This document shows positions 36,350 through 49,477 of a DNA stretch of 64,000 nt, in pieces (position 1 is the first letter of the stretch; the number at the start of each line of letters is the position of its first letter). The stretch is taken from contig OY740803.1 of NCBI GenBank assembly GCA_963514005.1, forward strand, positions 13,702,001 to 13,766,000, read 5' to 3'. The notes beneath the pieces were generated by a model. It saw nothing but the letters and a program-made list of their open reading frames with translations. It was not told the DNA's origin and did not search any database. The DNA is from Raja brachyura (taxonomy: Eukaryota). The position numbers and the translations under genes are program-made.

Positions 36350-36931
36350 TGAACGCTACAATCTTCTTCCAAAGATAGACACAAAAGGCTGGAGTAACTC
36401 AGTGGATCCTGAAAGCCGCATTCCATCCCTGGATTTGCTGAACTATATTGTCCACTGATGAAGCGATGCGACAGTTTTAAAATTTCTTATCCTTGCCTCC
36501 AAATCCCACTCAAGGTTTGCCCCTTCTAATCCCTGTAACCTGCTCCAATTCCGCAGCCTCCTCCGAGAGCTGCAGTTCCTCACTTCCAGCTGCATGAAGC
36601 CGTCTCAGGTTGGACATGATTGGATTATTTTCTCTATGCACTGGAGGTTGAGGGAAGACCTGAGAGAAGTATATATAATTATGAATAGTATAGATATTCA
36701 GAAGCATAATTCCAGGGTGGAAATGTCAATGACTGGAGGACATAGCTTTGAGCTGAGAGGGGCAAAGTTTAAAGGGGATGTGTGGGGCAGGTATTTTTCA
36801 CATTGGGTGGTGTGCCTGGGACACGCTGCCAGGGGTGGCGATGGAGGCAGCTACCATTATGGTAGGCACATTTTAGGTGGGCACATGAATATGCAAGGAA
36901 TGGAGGGATAAGCATCATGTACAGGCAAGTA

Positions 36932-37398
36932 AAGGGCCTGTCCCACCAGCATGCAACTCCATGCGATGAGCGCGACCTAACGTGGTCGCTTGAGCCGTCC
37001 GGCGTCGCGGGGCCGGTCCCACTTCGATCGCCGGAGCCGTGCGGAATTGTGCGGAGTTCGTCCCCACATCGAGCAGGGCTCCGAAAAACTGACCATGTTC
37101 AAAAATTCCGCGCGGCAACGGCTTGTCGGCTCGCTGTCGCCTCGACGCATTACGCACCGCCTCGACGTCGTGCCTCCGTGAACCTATCTGTAGGTGCCTC
37201 CATGACTCTCTCTGTGTGTGGCTCCGTGGCCCTCTCTGTGTGTGCATCTGTGCCCCTCTCTGTGTGTCCCTCTCTGTCCTGGCGAACTTACCTTTAAGAC
37301 TTCGCTCCAAGTTCGCCTCACTTTGCGTCACTTTGCGCCATTCACCCGACCTCCGCGCGGCCCCTGCTGCTGGTTTGGTCGCGCTTGCCGCATGCAGG
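36932..37398. mobile_element. GC-rich MITE with AGGGCCTGTCCCAC terminus; right end truncated
   Basis: Same terminal motif as 8383-8618, preceded by TAA; partial inner TIR match at ~37377-37398; internal CTCTCTGTGTGT repeats; interrupts a CR1 tail. Confidence 0.6.
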
Positions 37399-37888
37399 CA
37401 GACAGACACAAAATGCTGGACAGACTCAGCATGACAGGCAGCATCTCTGGATAGAAGAAATGGGTGACATTTCGGGTCGAGACCTTTAGTCAGACACGGA
37501 ACGTCACTCGTTCCTTCTCTCCAGAGATGCTGCCTGTCCCACCGAGTTACTCCACTATCTTCGGCAATTGAGATTAGTTCATCTTGGCATCATGTTTGGC
37601 GCAGACATAGTGGGCAAAGGGCCTGTTCCTGTGTTGCACTGTTCTATGTTCCTGATTTAAGTCTGACGCCCTTTGCACCTTCTGTTCCTGGGCCATACTC
37701 AAAAATCCTAACCACCCCCCTCTCACTCTCCCATTAATCTTTCTGACCCCCTTTACTTCTTTAAATGTTCTCTAAAATCCACCACCTGTCCTGATATCTC
37801 ATTTTTCATCTTGATTTCAGATTTTGTTTGATCATTCTCGCTGCAGGCACCTTGGAAAAAGTTGCAATATTAAAGTGGCCCTATAAAT

Positions 37889-38923
37889 TAGCAATGTTAC
37901 AAAATTTTGAGATTTTAAAAATCAAGTCTGCAATTTATCCCATCAGATAAAGCATAAAAAGAAGTTTAATTTGACACCTAATTTACTTTCATATCTTCAG
38001 TATTAAGAAAGTTATGGCCATTTTCATACTCGGAAATTAGCATCTTGCTTCCCATTGCCTTTCAATTGACTTAACTCAAAAGCTGTGATCTGGAAAAATT
38101 AAAAGCCCATAACTTTATTAAAAATTAAGAGAACTCAATGACATTTTCAGTCATTATAGATTGAAGCATTCTGAAACAAATATTAAACAATCTTACTTGC
38201 ATTACCTGAAATTAAAGTATATAATTAGTTAGTTATCTAATTGTAGCTAATTACAAAATTCAATGAGTAGATCTAAACATCTATCAATTTCTTAAGAAAA
38301 GATAAACTTTTTTTAAATTGCCTAAGTGTCCAAATAACATTCACACAATAATCCACAATATAACATAATTTTTAAATCTCATTTTCATGAATTTCTGGGC
38401 CAAATGGAAGGAATTTAGTGTTTAATGCCTGTAAATTAATGGCCATTTAAATCAACTAGCGAGTGGGTTTTAGCGGAATGCGGTGGATTGGAACGTTGCG
38501 GTTAGCGGTGAAGTCGGGGGGAAAAATACTGGGGGTTCATACATTTTTTGGGGACCCCATTTCGCAACATTAAAATAGTATTTATGCCTCCCGAAAAACC
38601 AACTTTTAATAAAAAAATAAAGTATTTACCTTTTTTTCTCCCCTACGGAAAATGCTTCCGGTGGTCTGCGGTCACGGCTTTTGAAGGTGATTTTTAAATT
38701 ACTCTAGTTAACAAATAACTTAGAGTAATTTAAAAATACCTTAATGGATGAAATGTCGGAGCGATTTTTCTTCCGCAATTAAATCGCCCGACATTCATCG
38801 ATTATCCTGGTCTGGTGAAAATCGGCACTTTAAGCCCGCCCCCCTCTGACAGGCGCTAAAGTCGCGCACACGGGGAGCGGCAGAAGTGCAGCGCCGCTAA
38901 AGGTAAGTTTTGTAACATACCTA
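37889..38923. mobile_element. Non-autonomous DNA transposon (hAT-like TAG...CTA ends, 7-bp TSD)
   Basis: TIR TAGCAATGTTACAAAA vs TAGGTATGTTACAAAA (14/16); TATAAAT direct repeat at 37882-37888 and 38924-38930; no ORF; AT-rich left half, GC-rich right half. Confidence 0.75.
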
Positions 38924-39721
38924 TATAAATGCAAATGAATGGTGTTATTCAAACAAGGATGGAGGAAGGGGGCTGTTCTCTGGACGAATACAACTACGTG
39001 GGCGACCTGGCCCAAAGCTATTTAACTTAATTCTGAACAAAACAAATATTATATTAAAAAAACAACAGTTGATTGAAAAAATCTTAAAAAGATACTTCTT
39101 CTCCAGTAATGCTGTTTTAGCAATTTCTCTTTCCAACAAAGCCTTGGAGTATTTGTAAATTCTTCTTTGTAAGAGTTAAAGAGCCTTTGGGGCAACATTA
39201 TCGCTATTTCATTACTGAACTAAAGATTAAGCACAATTCGAACAATATTTAATACAGGTGGAAAATTTCACATCAGTCTTGCCTCTTATAAAGTCCAACC
39301 AATTTCCAACAGCCATTCAGACGTTGTTGCCTTTTAATGCTGAGAGATTTTGTCCTAAAATTGATCGAGGAATTCAAATAAAGGCTTTGACTCTTTCCAC
39401 TGCAACTGTAACAACATGAAATGTTCAGGGAAGGCACTTGGAATGCCAGAAAAAGAATGTTCTTTTCTTTGCAATGTGTTTTTTTTGTAGAACTGTGGTG
39501 TAATAAAGTCTTGGGGGAAAAAAGATTTCAGCTGCCACTAGGATCTGCACTGTCAGAATATATTTAATTTTCAAAGTAATTGAATATCCCCTCAGGGGTG
39601 TTAAACCAAGATGCATAAATAAGTGCACATTTTGCAGAATCATATAAAAACATGATATTTGGTGAGTCAGTGATTCAGACCATCTATAAAGTTTGTTGCA
39701 GTAAGTTAAGCAAACACTGTG

Positions 39722-39922
39722 TTGGAAGGAACTGCAAATGCTGCTTTAAACCGAAGATAGACACAAAAAGCTGGAGTAACTCAGCGCGACAGGCAGCATC
39801 TCTGGAGAGGAGTGGGTGATTTTTTGGGTCTGAAGGAGGGTCTTGACCCGAAACGTCACCCACTCCTTCTCTCCAGAGATGTTGCCTGTCCCGCTGAGTT
39901 ACTCCATCATTTTGTGTCTACC
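39722..39922. mobile_element. Palindromic non-autonomous Penelope derivative
   Basis: Inverted arms around a hammerhead-like core (39830-39857); 16-bp TSD TTAAGCAAACA(C/T)TGTG at 39706-39721 and 39923-39938. Confidence 0.8.
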
Positions 39923-42734
39923 TTAAGCAAACATTGTGACGGGGATATAAAAGTTAAGAGGACAGTCCATGAAACAGGCCACTTGTTTACAAGCTTCCAT
40001 ACCGTCATGTAGCGTGTTCACTAACTCTACTGACAGTAAAAAACCCTGAGCTTGTACAAACTGAATTGATTGCTACCAGTCTCTTCTTCTGTTGTTCATG
40101 AATCACAATGCACAATAATCTTTGAACAATTCTTGGACTGGGAAGGCATTTGCAAAGCTGAGCTTGGCAGGACCTGCAGTTTGGGTATTACTGGTGCTGT
40201 TTAGAGACTTAAATGGCTCTCATGCGCACAGACATACACGCACACTCATGCACTTTTCATGAAATGTGCCAGACAACATACAGTTCAAAGGGTTAGTGTC
40301 TTAGAATTACGTACACTACTGGCATGTCATGGTAATAACTGTAAATAAAAAATAAAAACTATAGGTGCTGGAAATACATAATAACAACAGGAAATGTTGG
40401 AAATACTCAGCAGGTCAAAACTAGTTCCGCCAATGGGCTTTGAGTTGAAATGTCAGTTCCGTTTCTCATCCCACAGATGCAGTCTGACTTGCTGAGTATT
40501 TCCAGCAATTTCTGTTTTTTTCATGGGAATAATTAGAGGCGATTGCCAAAGCTCAAAAGGACATAAAAGGCTGGAGTAACTCAGTGGGTCAGGCAGAACC
40601 TCTGGAGACCATGGATAGGTGACATTTCAGGTCGACCCGAAACGCCACCTATCCATGTTCACCAGCGATGCTGCCTGACGTGCTGAGTTACTCCAGCCCA
40701 TTGTGTCCTTTTGTGTATCTGCAGTTTGTTGTTTCTACTACTGCCAGAGATGCTCTTTTGGAGATCAATGCATCAAGCAACATTATCCCTGACCTTTACA
40801 TGCTTGAACCCATGTTAACTGAGAGGACAGACATCCCACCAATTCTACTGAAGAGATTCCTAATTACAATTGTGTTCTTTCTAACTGTTGGTAAGATGCT
40901 ACAAGCGTTTGGTGCTTTCTATAGTTATTTGAAATTACGATAGATGCTGAAGTATATTTGCTTCCTTCAAGACTTCCATACAAATCAGAGGCTTTTGATC
41001 ACAAATACATTAGAATTTCCCTTGTACTACAGTAAGACCAGGGAATGAACAAAGCTGGGAACATTGATAACCCAAAACTAACTAAATCTCTACATCCCCA
41101 TCCCCTTTCTCCACCACAATACCCTTTCTTCCCCCCTTCCCCTACCTCGACTTGCACCTATTTCTCCCCTCCCCCTACATTCCTTCCTCTGACTTCACAA
41201 TTTGCAACTCTTCAATCCTGTCTCAGTTCTGTGTTAAATTCTGGCCTTTGTTCCAACCATCTGCCTTATGATCCCGATCAGGGGGATCGCTGGTCAGCGT
41301 GGACTCGGTGGGCCGAAGGGCCTGTTTCCATACTGTATCTCAAAACTGCACTTGACTAAATAAACTCAAACTAAAAACCTTGGAGACTGCTTATTTCTAC
41401 ACTCCAAACGTGGCTGTTTGGCAAGTTTGATTTAGTTGTTATGCAAGCAAGGTAGTTTTGAGTTGTGCACATTTACCTTATTTCATGTGACCATTCTCGT
41501 TGGCCCCTGCCGATGCACTCCAGCTAATCCCAAAAATGGTTAATACTAGCTGCACAAAGAAGTCATACATTAAATAAATCTGACCTGGAAAACAGCAACG
41601 TTCCATTCACAAAAGTGAGTAGGTTGCAAGGTGGGAAGCAGAGAAACGTGTTTTAAATGGTGGTTTTCACAGGCTTTTGAACTTTCTGAACACATGAAGT
41701 CTGTGGTTAGATCAGTCTGAGAATATCATAGCTGATGAATAAAACATTGCCAAACCTCAGTCTATTCACTCATCCAAGGAGATACTGGGTTATCTGAGAA
41801 CAATTAAATGATAGTTTGAAGAAGGGTCTCGACCCAAGACGTCGCCCATTCCTTCTCTCCAGAGATGCTGGTTGTCCTGCTGAGTTACTCCAGCATGTTG
41901 TGTCTAATGAAATGATGGAAATGTTTATATTGCACAGAGAGTTAGCACTGTCCATATATTGCAGTGAAGACGTGCAGATAAATCATGCTCTTGATTCCTC
42001 TGCCTATTTTGGGGTTTCTCCAATCTAATCTGCTGATTATTTTAAGTGCCATTGACCTTGTTCAAGAAGCCAGGGTAAGATTGCCTCATCATCCAGACAT
42101 TCTCCAGTGAGAAAGCAATGACGTTGCTCATGAACTCAATTCAGTTGCTGCAGATTGAATTGGTCACAAAAACCTTTGGTGAATATATTTGTTTTCCAAA
42201 TTAGGATTAAAGTAACATTGGTGAATCAAAATCCATATAAAGATGTTATGTCATTGTCAATCGTGTCTTTGTCTATTTCTTGAAACAGATCATGATATGA
42301 GCATGGTAATGTTGTAAGCTGGTCTTTTTGTGTCTTTTTATGACCATTAACATGAGCCTGGTGGTCTAAATGCGTATATCTTTATAGCCACTATCCCCAA
42401 ATTTTATAGAAAGCAGTCTCACTGAAATGCTCAGATGATGTTTCAGGTTTGGAGCATTCTTCAAACTATTGTCTGAGTTTGAACAAGGATGGCGACTCGA
42501 AACATCGTCTGTTCAATTCCACCACAGATGCTGCCTGACCCACTGCGTACCTCCCGCACTTTGTTCTTATCTCAGGATTCCAGCATCTGCAGTTTCTTGT
42601 GTCTCCATCTCACTCAAATGTTTTTTCTTCTTACAAATAAGAAATGCATGGATTCCAAAGCACAGTGATTTTAATAATTGGCAAAATTAAAATCCCTTTA
42701 CGCAATATCATATACCTTAATTAGAATCTTGCTT

Positions 42735-43018
42735 CCAAGATGGCGCCCAACCCAGGCGACTTTTTACATGCTAGCCGCAGAAGCAGATCGACACTCACAT
42801 ATTACAATCGTTCCTCACTCATTGCAGACCCTCGGACTTCGCATGACTTTGTCTTGTACGATGTGTTATTCACGTTATTTCCTTATCATGTATCTGTACA
42901 CTGCGGATGGCCCAATTGTAATCATGTATTGGCTTTCCGCTGGCTGGGTAGCACATAACAAAAGCTTTTCACTGTACCTCAGTACACGTGACAATAACTA
43001 AAACTAAACTAAACTAAA
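42735..43018 (+). mobile_element. Short non-autonomous Rex1-tailed element
   Basis: GC-rich head with YY1-like CAAGATGGCG joined to the Rex1-type tail AGCTTTTCACTGTACCTC..GTGACAATAA(CTAAA)n. Confidence 0.55.
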
Positions 43019-43099
43019 GTAAAGATTGGTTCATGATGTGCAAAAGTCATAATCCAAGTATGTCAAACATTTTCATTGCAATTTAAGGCTGGGATTATC

Positions 43100-43329
43100 A
43101 CCCCGAGAGTTGTGAATCGGTGGAATTCTCTGCCACAGAAGGCGGCGGAGGCCAATTCACTGGATGTTTTCAAGAGAGAGTTAGACTTAGCTTTTAGGAC
43201 TAATGGAATCAAGGGATATGGGGAGAAAGCAGGAACGGGGGTACTGACTTTGGATGTTCAGCCATGATCATATTGAATAGGGTTGAAGGACTGAATGACC
43301 TAGTCCTGCACCTATTTTCTATGTTTCTA
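43100..43329 (+). mobile_element. CR1 LINE 3' end
   Basis: RVVNRWNSLPQKAAEA..FKRELD plus tail. Confidence 0.85.
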
Positions 43330-43759
43330 AAGGACATCATAACATTTGCAAGTTCCTCCCAGCCATTGACTGCATGATTGTGATTTTACATCAACCATTT
43401 ACAATGCCTTGAGGTAACTGTTTATCATCGACCCAAATTTTCCATATGAAAATATATAAGTTTTGGCACAGTATAATCAGGACTTTGGAAAATATTTCTG
43501 AACTCCCACCAGTTACATTAAACTAAGACCAGCCATGACAGAGCATCAATCAATGGGTGGGGGATATTGAAGCCTTTTTTCATGTTGCTTGCAGCCATCT
43601 TTTTATTGTTCTCAGCCAACTCAGAATATCCTTGCACGAAAGAATAGACGGGATTTTTTTTTTCCTGGCAATGTTTTATTCATTAACTGTGATGTTCTCA
43701 CGCTGATCTCACCTCAGACTTAAATGTTTTCGGAAAGTACAAAGCCTACCTACAATAAA

Positions 43760-44115
43760 GAAATAAATAACTTGCACTTATACAATGTATTTCATAGCCT
43801 GAAGTCATCCCAAAGTACTTTACATCCAAAGAGGTACTTATAAAGATTAAGCTTGATCATAACGTAAGAAATGTGACAGGCAATTTGCACATAACAAGGT
43901 CCCAAGTGGAATAATGTGTTACCATACTTATGATATTGATATTGGATAAATAGTGGATGGGAACACAGGCCAACCCCCTTGCTCTTTTCAAAATAGTCTG
44001 ATTAGATCTTTCACATCAAAGATGAGAGAGCAAACTTGATTCAACATCTCACGTGAAAGACGGCACATTTGACCATGCGACAGTCTCTCAGCTCAGCACT
44101 GGAAGGTCAGCCAAG
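43760..44115 (-). mobile_element. Ancient SacSINE1/DeuSINE-like SINE with L2-type tail
   Basis: CATCTCACGTGAAAGACGGCAC..CAGCACTGGAAGGTCAGCC core and CCCAAAGTACTTTAC / AACTTGCACTTATA tail resemble shark DeuSINEs; recalled similarity only. Confidence 0.5.
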
Positions 44116-44519
44116 TTTCACTTAATTACACAACTTATTAAAGGCTGCTGGGTTAGGTAAGAGAGACCATGGATAATTTCCTGAATAAATATAAAGCAGG
44201 TTTACAAAGATTGAAGAGCTCCTCCTCACAACAAAACCCCACATGTCCATTAGTTGAATATTTGAACAGGTCAGTGTGAGAACAATGGAATTTCCACCAG
44301 GGAGACTCCAGGCTAGTGGGTCTCCGGAACTGCAAGCGAGTTGTTACAGATGTTCAACTGTAAATACTCAGAGCAAGGTACCCTCTTGGGGAACGATGCC
44401 GTCCACAGGCAAAAGAGTCAGAGAAAGCCTCTCAGACAAACGTTGTTGAACAGAACGCACTGAGGTCACACAGGCAACATGAGCCACAGCTTGCAGGGAT
44501 TTTTGTTGCAGTTATAGAG

Positions 44520-44950
44520 ACATATATCTCTCAGGAAATAGAGACAGGAATGGTGGCCCAGCTCATCCATGCTGAGCAAGATGCCCCATTTGTTTACATT
44601 TAGACCATATCCCACTAAACATTTTTATTCGTGTACCTTTTAAATGCTGTTATACACCAGCCTCTTTCTAAGACAGCTCGTTCCATTTACCCATACAAGT
44701 TGCCCCTCAGAGTCATATTGAATCTTTCCCCTTAAACCTATGTCCTCTGGTTTGTCATTTTCCCACCCTGAGTAAAAGACTGCATTCACCCTATCTATTT
44801 CCCTCACGATTGTGCACATCCCTATAAGATCACCCCTCAGCCTCCTGCTTTCCAAGGCTCCAGCCTTCCCAACCATTCCCCGCAGTTCAGGCCCTCGACT
44901 CCTGGCAACATCCTCGTAAATCTTCTCTGCACTCTTTCCAGCTTCACAAC
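44520..44950 (-). mobile_element. Older CR1 LINE 3' fragment
   Basis: LESRRLRGDLI in ORF 44640-44876; degenerate. Confidence 0.75.
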
Positions 44951-45702
44951 AGAGTCATCATTGGGGCTTAAAACAGGGACATCATTGTTGCATTACAATA
45001 GATCATAATTATAATTCCTGTCTATAACCAAAGCAGAACACACAGGCAGATGTTCCAATTAAAGGTGTCAAAGGTCTTTTGTTGTCACGGGTACCAATTA
45101 AGGTGCAGTGATATGTGAATTACCATACAGCCATACGAAAAAACCCAACACGACACGCAACTACATAAAACACTATGTGTGACTGGCTGTATAATCACAA
45201 TGGCCACGGGGAGAAAACCAAAGAACACTCCAATGACTCCCTGTGGCCACGCGTAACTTGTAGGACTTTCCACCAGAGGCATTAATACGTATTGCTTACA
45301 TCCGCCCAAGTGTAGATGGTTCCACTCAAACGGCACCTTTGTGACAAACTGATCATTGCACAGTTTCAGGCCGATGTGGTTGGGCGTATGGGGTGGGGTG
45401 AGGATGAGGCACATTTAATTGTGTATTTCCAGCCTATATTTCCAGTATATATTGCCCTCCGTTTCCTGAAAGCAGGGACAACAGTAAAGTTGAGATTCCA
45501 CTGGCAGCCCGGGAAGTGATGTCACATAAGTGTATGGAAGTGCCAGTCATAAAAACTGGAATGTGCTTCCACCAAGGGGTGGAATGAGTAATAAATTGTC
45601 AAGAGTAATAACTTGATATGATCTGCCTGCCACGACTCTGTGACTTTCAGGTCTAGAGTTAAAGAATTCACAACTCCTTCCTTTGCATCCATTAGATGTC
45701 TA

Positions 45703-46008
45703 GGGCATCACGGTGGTGCAGCGGTAAAGCTGCCTTTCAGAGCTTGTAGCACCAGAGACCCGGGTTCGATACCGACTCTGGGTGCTGTCTGTAAGGAGTT
45801 TGTACGTTCTCCCCGTGATCTCGGTTTTCTCCGATATCTTCGGTTTCCTCCCATACTCCAAATACGTACAGGTTTGTAGGTTAATTAGCTTGGTATGAAA
45901 GTAAAATTGCCACCAAGTGTGAGTAGGATGCTGTTAATGTGCAGGAATCGCTGGTCGGCGCGGACTCGATGGTCCGAAGCGCCTGTTTCCGCACGGTATC
46001 TCTAAACT
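45703..46008 (+). mobile_element. HE1-type V-SINE
   Basis: Head, B box, V-domain and tail. Confidence 0.87.
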
Positions 46009-47145
46009 ATCAGAAGGTCATGAGAACTTCTGTAGAAAGTGCATTCCCAGATGGTCAATGAAGCCACAAATGACTGCAGATGCTGGAATGTTAAGCAAAA
46101 TCATGGATTGCTGGAGGAACTCAGTGGGTCGGGAGGGGGGGGGTGGGGGGTGGGAGATTGCTGCCTTCACGTGGTCCGCCCGGTTTCGACGAATGCAACC
46201 AACCCGGCGTGCACAATCACGTAAGATCAAATAGAAGAAGTTGTCCTTCAACTTTAGGCTGTGCACACCGTGCCCAGAACTGGGTCGGGCATTTGTGAAG
46301 GGAAATGGAGAGACGATGTTCGTGCTGGGACCCTTCTTCAAGAATGGAGTAGAGTGGAGACAGCTGGTAGAAAGAGGTGAAGAACCGGGATTCGGCAAGA
46401 GCTGGCAAGTGATAGGTAAGTCCGGGTAAGGAGAAGTTCATTGACATTTGAGTCGTTGGCAGGGGGGTGGGGAGAATGCTGGAGATAGTCACATAGGTTG
46501 GAGGCGATAAATTAAAGGCTGCTGATGGTGGAATCTCATAAGAAAGGAAAGTGAGGAGCGGAATGCAGAGTCAGAGGGAGGGGTGGGAACTGGGATGTGT
46601 GGGGAGGTGAAATAGGGGACTGGGATGGGGTAGAGGTGGGTGATGAACAGAAGAAGGAGGTGGGGCAAGGAGACTTGGTGACCAGGGGTAGGGCGTTGAA
46701 AGAAAGATGTGGTCAAGAGGACCAGGTTGCTCCTGAAGAGAGACGGAGGAGGGTTCATTGTCCTTGCTGTTGGATATTAGGCGAGCCAAGCGGAATATGT
46801 GGTGTGCAGATTGCATGTAACATCATTCTGGCAATGGAGGAGGATGAGGGATGGGAATGGGAATGGGAATTGAAGTGGATGCAGCTGAGAGTCCAGCTGA
46901 CCCTGGCAGACACAGCTCAAGCGCTTGGCAAAGTGATCTCCTGTTTCACCCACCCAACCTCATCCACTCAAGTCCTCTCACGCACACATTTCTTTCCACT
47001 CCCTTGCCCTCCCTCACCCAGTCCCCCCCCCTCCCCCCTCTTCCTCTATTTCCTGCTCATCACCCTAACCTACTCAATCAGGGTCCCTATTCCACCCACT
47101 CCAGTTTCCTTCCACCCACCTTTTCCAACTTTGGTTCAAGATTTG

Positions 47146-47337
47146 CAGGAAGGAACTGCAGATGATGGTTTAAACCGCAGATAGACACTGGAGTAACAGC
47201 GGGGCAGGCAGCATCTCTGGAGAGAAGGAATGGGTAACATTTCAGGTCTCGAGAAATGTCTCGACCCAAAACGTCACCCATTCCTTCTCTCCAGAGATGC
47301 TGCCTGACCCGCTGAGTTACTCCAGCTTTTTGTGTCT
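47146..47337. mobile_element. Palindromic Penelope derivative
   Basis: Inverted family arms GCAGCATCTCTGGAGAGAAGGAATGGGT / ACCCATTCCTTCTCTCCAGAGATGCTGC. Confidence 0.75.
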
Positions 47338-47619
47338 GCCTTTGATTCTTGACAACACCATGCTTCATCATATGATAGGCATCACAAAGTGGGGAGGCAA
47401 TAGACAAATGGCATGGAAATTATTCAGACAGAAGATGAATGTCAGGTGTACAAGATGCTCAGGGCCAGCAGTAAAAGCAGTCATCTTAATTAGTAGAGGT
47501 TTCGACCCAAAACGTCGCCAATTCTTTCTCTCCATAGATGCTAACTCACCCGCTGAGTTTCTCCAGCTTTTTTTGCTACCTTCGATTTTTCCAGCATCTG
47601 CAGTTCTTTCTTAAAGAAA

Positions 47620-48600
47620 CTCAACGTTCATACCACTGCGTTTTACGTTGCCCAAGAGAAATATGAGGTTCTGTTCCTCCAATTTGTGTGTGGCTGACAG
47701 TGGAGGAGGCCGAGGGCAGAAAGGCCAGTATGGGAATGGAAAGGGTAGTTAAAAGGTTTGGCAACCAAGAGATCGCGTAGGCTAAGGCGGACTGAGCGTA
47801 AGTGTTCAGCGAGACGATCGCCAAGTCTACGCTTATTTCACTGATATATAGGAGCCCACACCAGGAGCAGTAGATGAGGTTGGAGGAGGTAGAAGTGTCT
47901 CACCTGATAGGACTGCCAGGGTCCGTGGATGGAGTCAAGGGAGGAGGTATCAGGACAGGTGCTGCATCTCCTGCGGTTGCAAGGGAAGGTACCTGGGGAG
48001 GGTGTGGTTTGGGGTGGGAAGGTATGGGTTAACCAGGGAGTTGCGGAGGGAACGGTCTCTATGGAAAGCAGAATTGGGGTGAAAGATGCGACTGGTGGTG
48101 GGATCCCATTGGAGGTGATGAAAATATAGGAGGAGTGTGCATTGTACGCGACGGCTGATGGGGTGAAAGGTGAGGATTAGTGGATTAGTGTGGTTTGTTA
48201 CAAGTATAGTAAAGTCCCTGTTGCGACTTGGGGGAGGGGGAGCAAGAGCGGAGCTGCAGGATAGAGAGGAGATACGTGTCCGGGCTTCATCTATGATAGA
48301 AGGGGGACATTTTGGATATCCTGGTCTGGAACACCTAACCTGTGGAACAGGTGTGGTGGAGACAGAGGAAATGGGAGTAGGGGATAGAGTGTTTGCAGGA
48401 GGCAGGGTGGGAAGAAGTGTAGTCCACATAACTGGGGGAGTCAGCAGGTTGAGAATAAACGTCAGTCGATATTCTATCCCCTGTGATGGAGACGGTGAGA
48501 TCAAGAAAGGGGACTGAGGTGTCCAAGCTAGTCCAGGTGAACTTGAAGGCATGGTGAAAGTTAGTGGTGAAATTAATAACGTCCATGACTTCTGCATGGG
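47620..48600 (-). mobile_element. Degenerate Penelope-like element (RT C-terminus + GIY-YIG endonuclease)
   Basis: FLDLTVSI..ISTDVY..SYVDYTSSHP.CKHSIPYS (ORF 48335-48586) followed by frameshifted CGLLYI.E..RLGDRLAEHLRSV. Confidence 0.85.
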
Positions 48601-49449
48601 TGCCCCGACCTATGAGACATATTCATAGCCTTAGAAGTTGCTTAAAGTACAAACTAGCAGTATCACAGCAAAATGAAACATGCATTGTAAGAGACTTGTG
48701 CAAGAATATTCAGATAGTTGTAACATGCTTGTAAATTCAGTTGCCTCAGGGTCAATGCACCCCAAAAATGCAGACATGAATATAACTTGTGATCAACATA
48801 ATTGCACACTCAAATAGAGGTGAATTCCTCCACAGTGGTCTCCCATCAGTTTTCTTCTTCAAAGGTACTAGAGTGTCAATCTGAAGATAGATGTTCCTAA
48901 GTCGGCATCTGTAATTATGTCGGAAAGTCCGCAGTTTGTCCGCGTAAAGTCGGATGAAAATGCACAAACAATGAAGGTAGTGAAATGGGGCAAAGGTTGT
49001 GGTGATCAGCATTGCAGCTCATTGGAGTACAGTCACTAAGGAAACAGACTACTTTTATTTTGCAGCTACAAAAGCAATATTGTTAAGCGGCTGTACTCTG
49101 AGTTGATACTTGGAGCTTGCAAAGAAGCTCAGTCTATAACAACGGCTCACAGGGCTTTCTGACACTAATAAACCTCCTGTGGTGCTTGGATGACTTGCCA
49201 ACGAATGACTGCAAATACATAATAGTTCCATGTAGAGCTGTGAATCCAACAAAATGATAAAATTACAGCTGTTAAATTCAAAATAGAATCCCTGAAATTG
49301 AATCAGAATGTACTTAGTTGGTTCTACCCTGAGAACTTCACGTATCTGTGTTAAAGAAGGAACTGCAGATGCTGGAGAATCGAGGGTTACACAAAAAGCT
49401 GGAGAAACTCAGCGGGTGCAGCAGCATCTAAGGAGCGAAGGAGATAGGC

Positions 49450-49477
49450 GACGTTTCGGGTCGAGACCCTTCTTCAG
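49450..49477 (-). ncRNA. Minimal hammerhead ribozyme core (Penelope-associated), best-preserved copy
   Basis: CUGAAGA-A-GGGUC(uc)GACCC-GAAA-CG-UC: both conserved boxes, stem II and a GUC cleavage triplet; stem I weak. Confidence 0.6.

Noticed and set aside
36915-37454. Cluster of overlapping ORFs on both strands
   Set aside because: Explained by the low stop-codon frequency of a GC-rich MITE with simple repeats.
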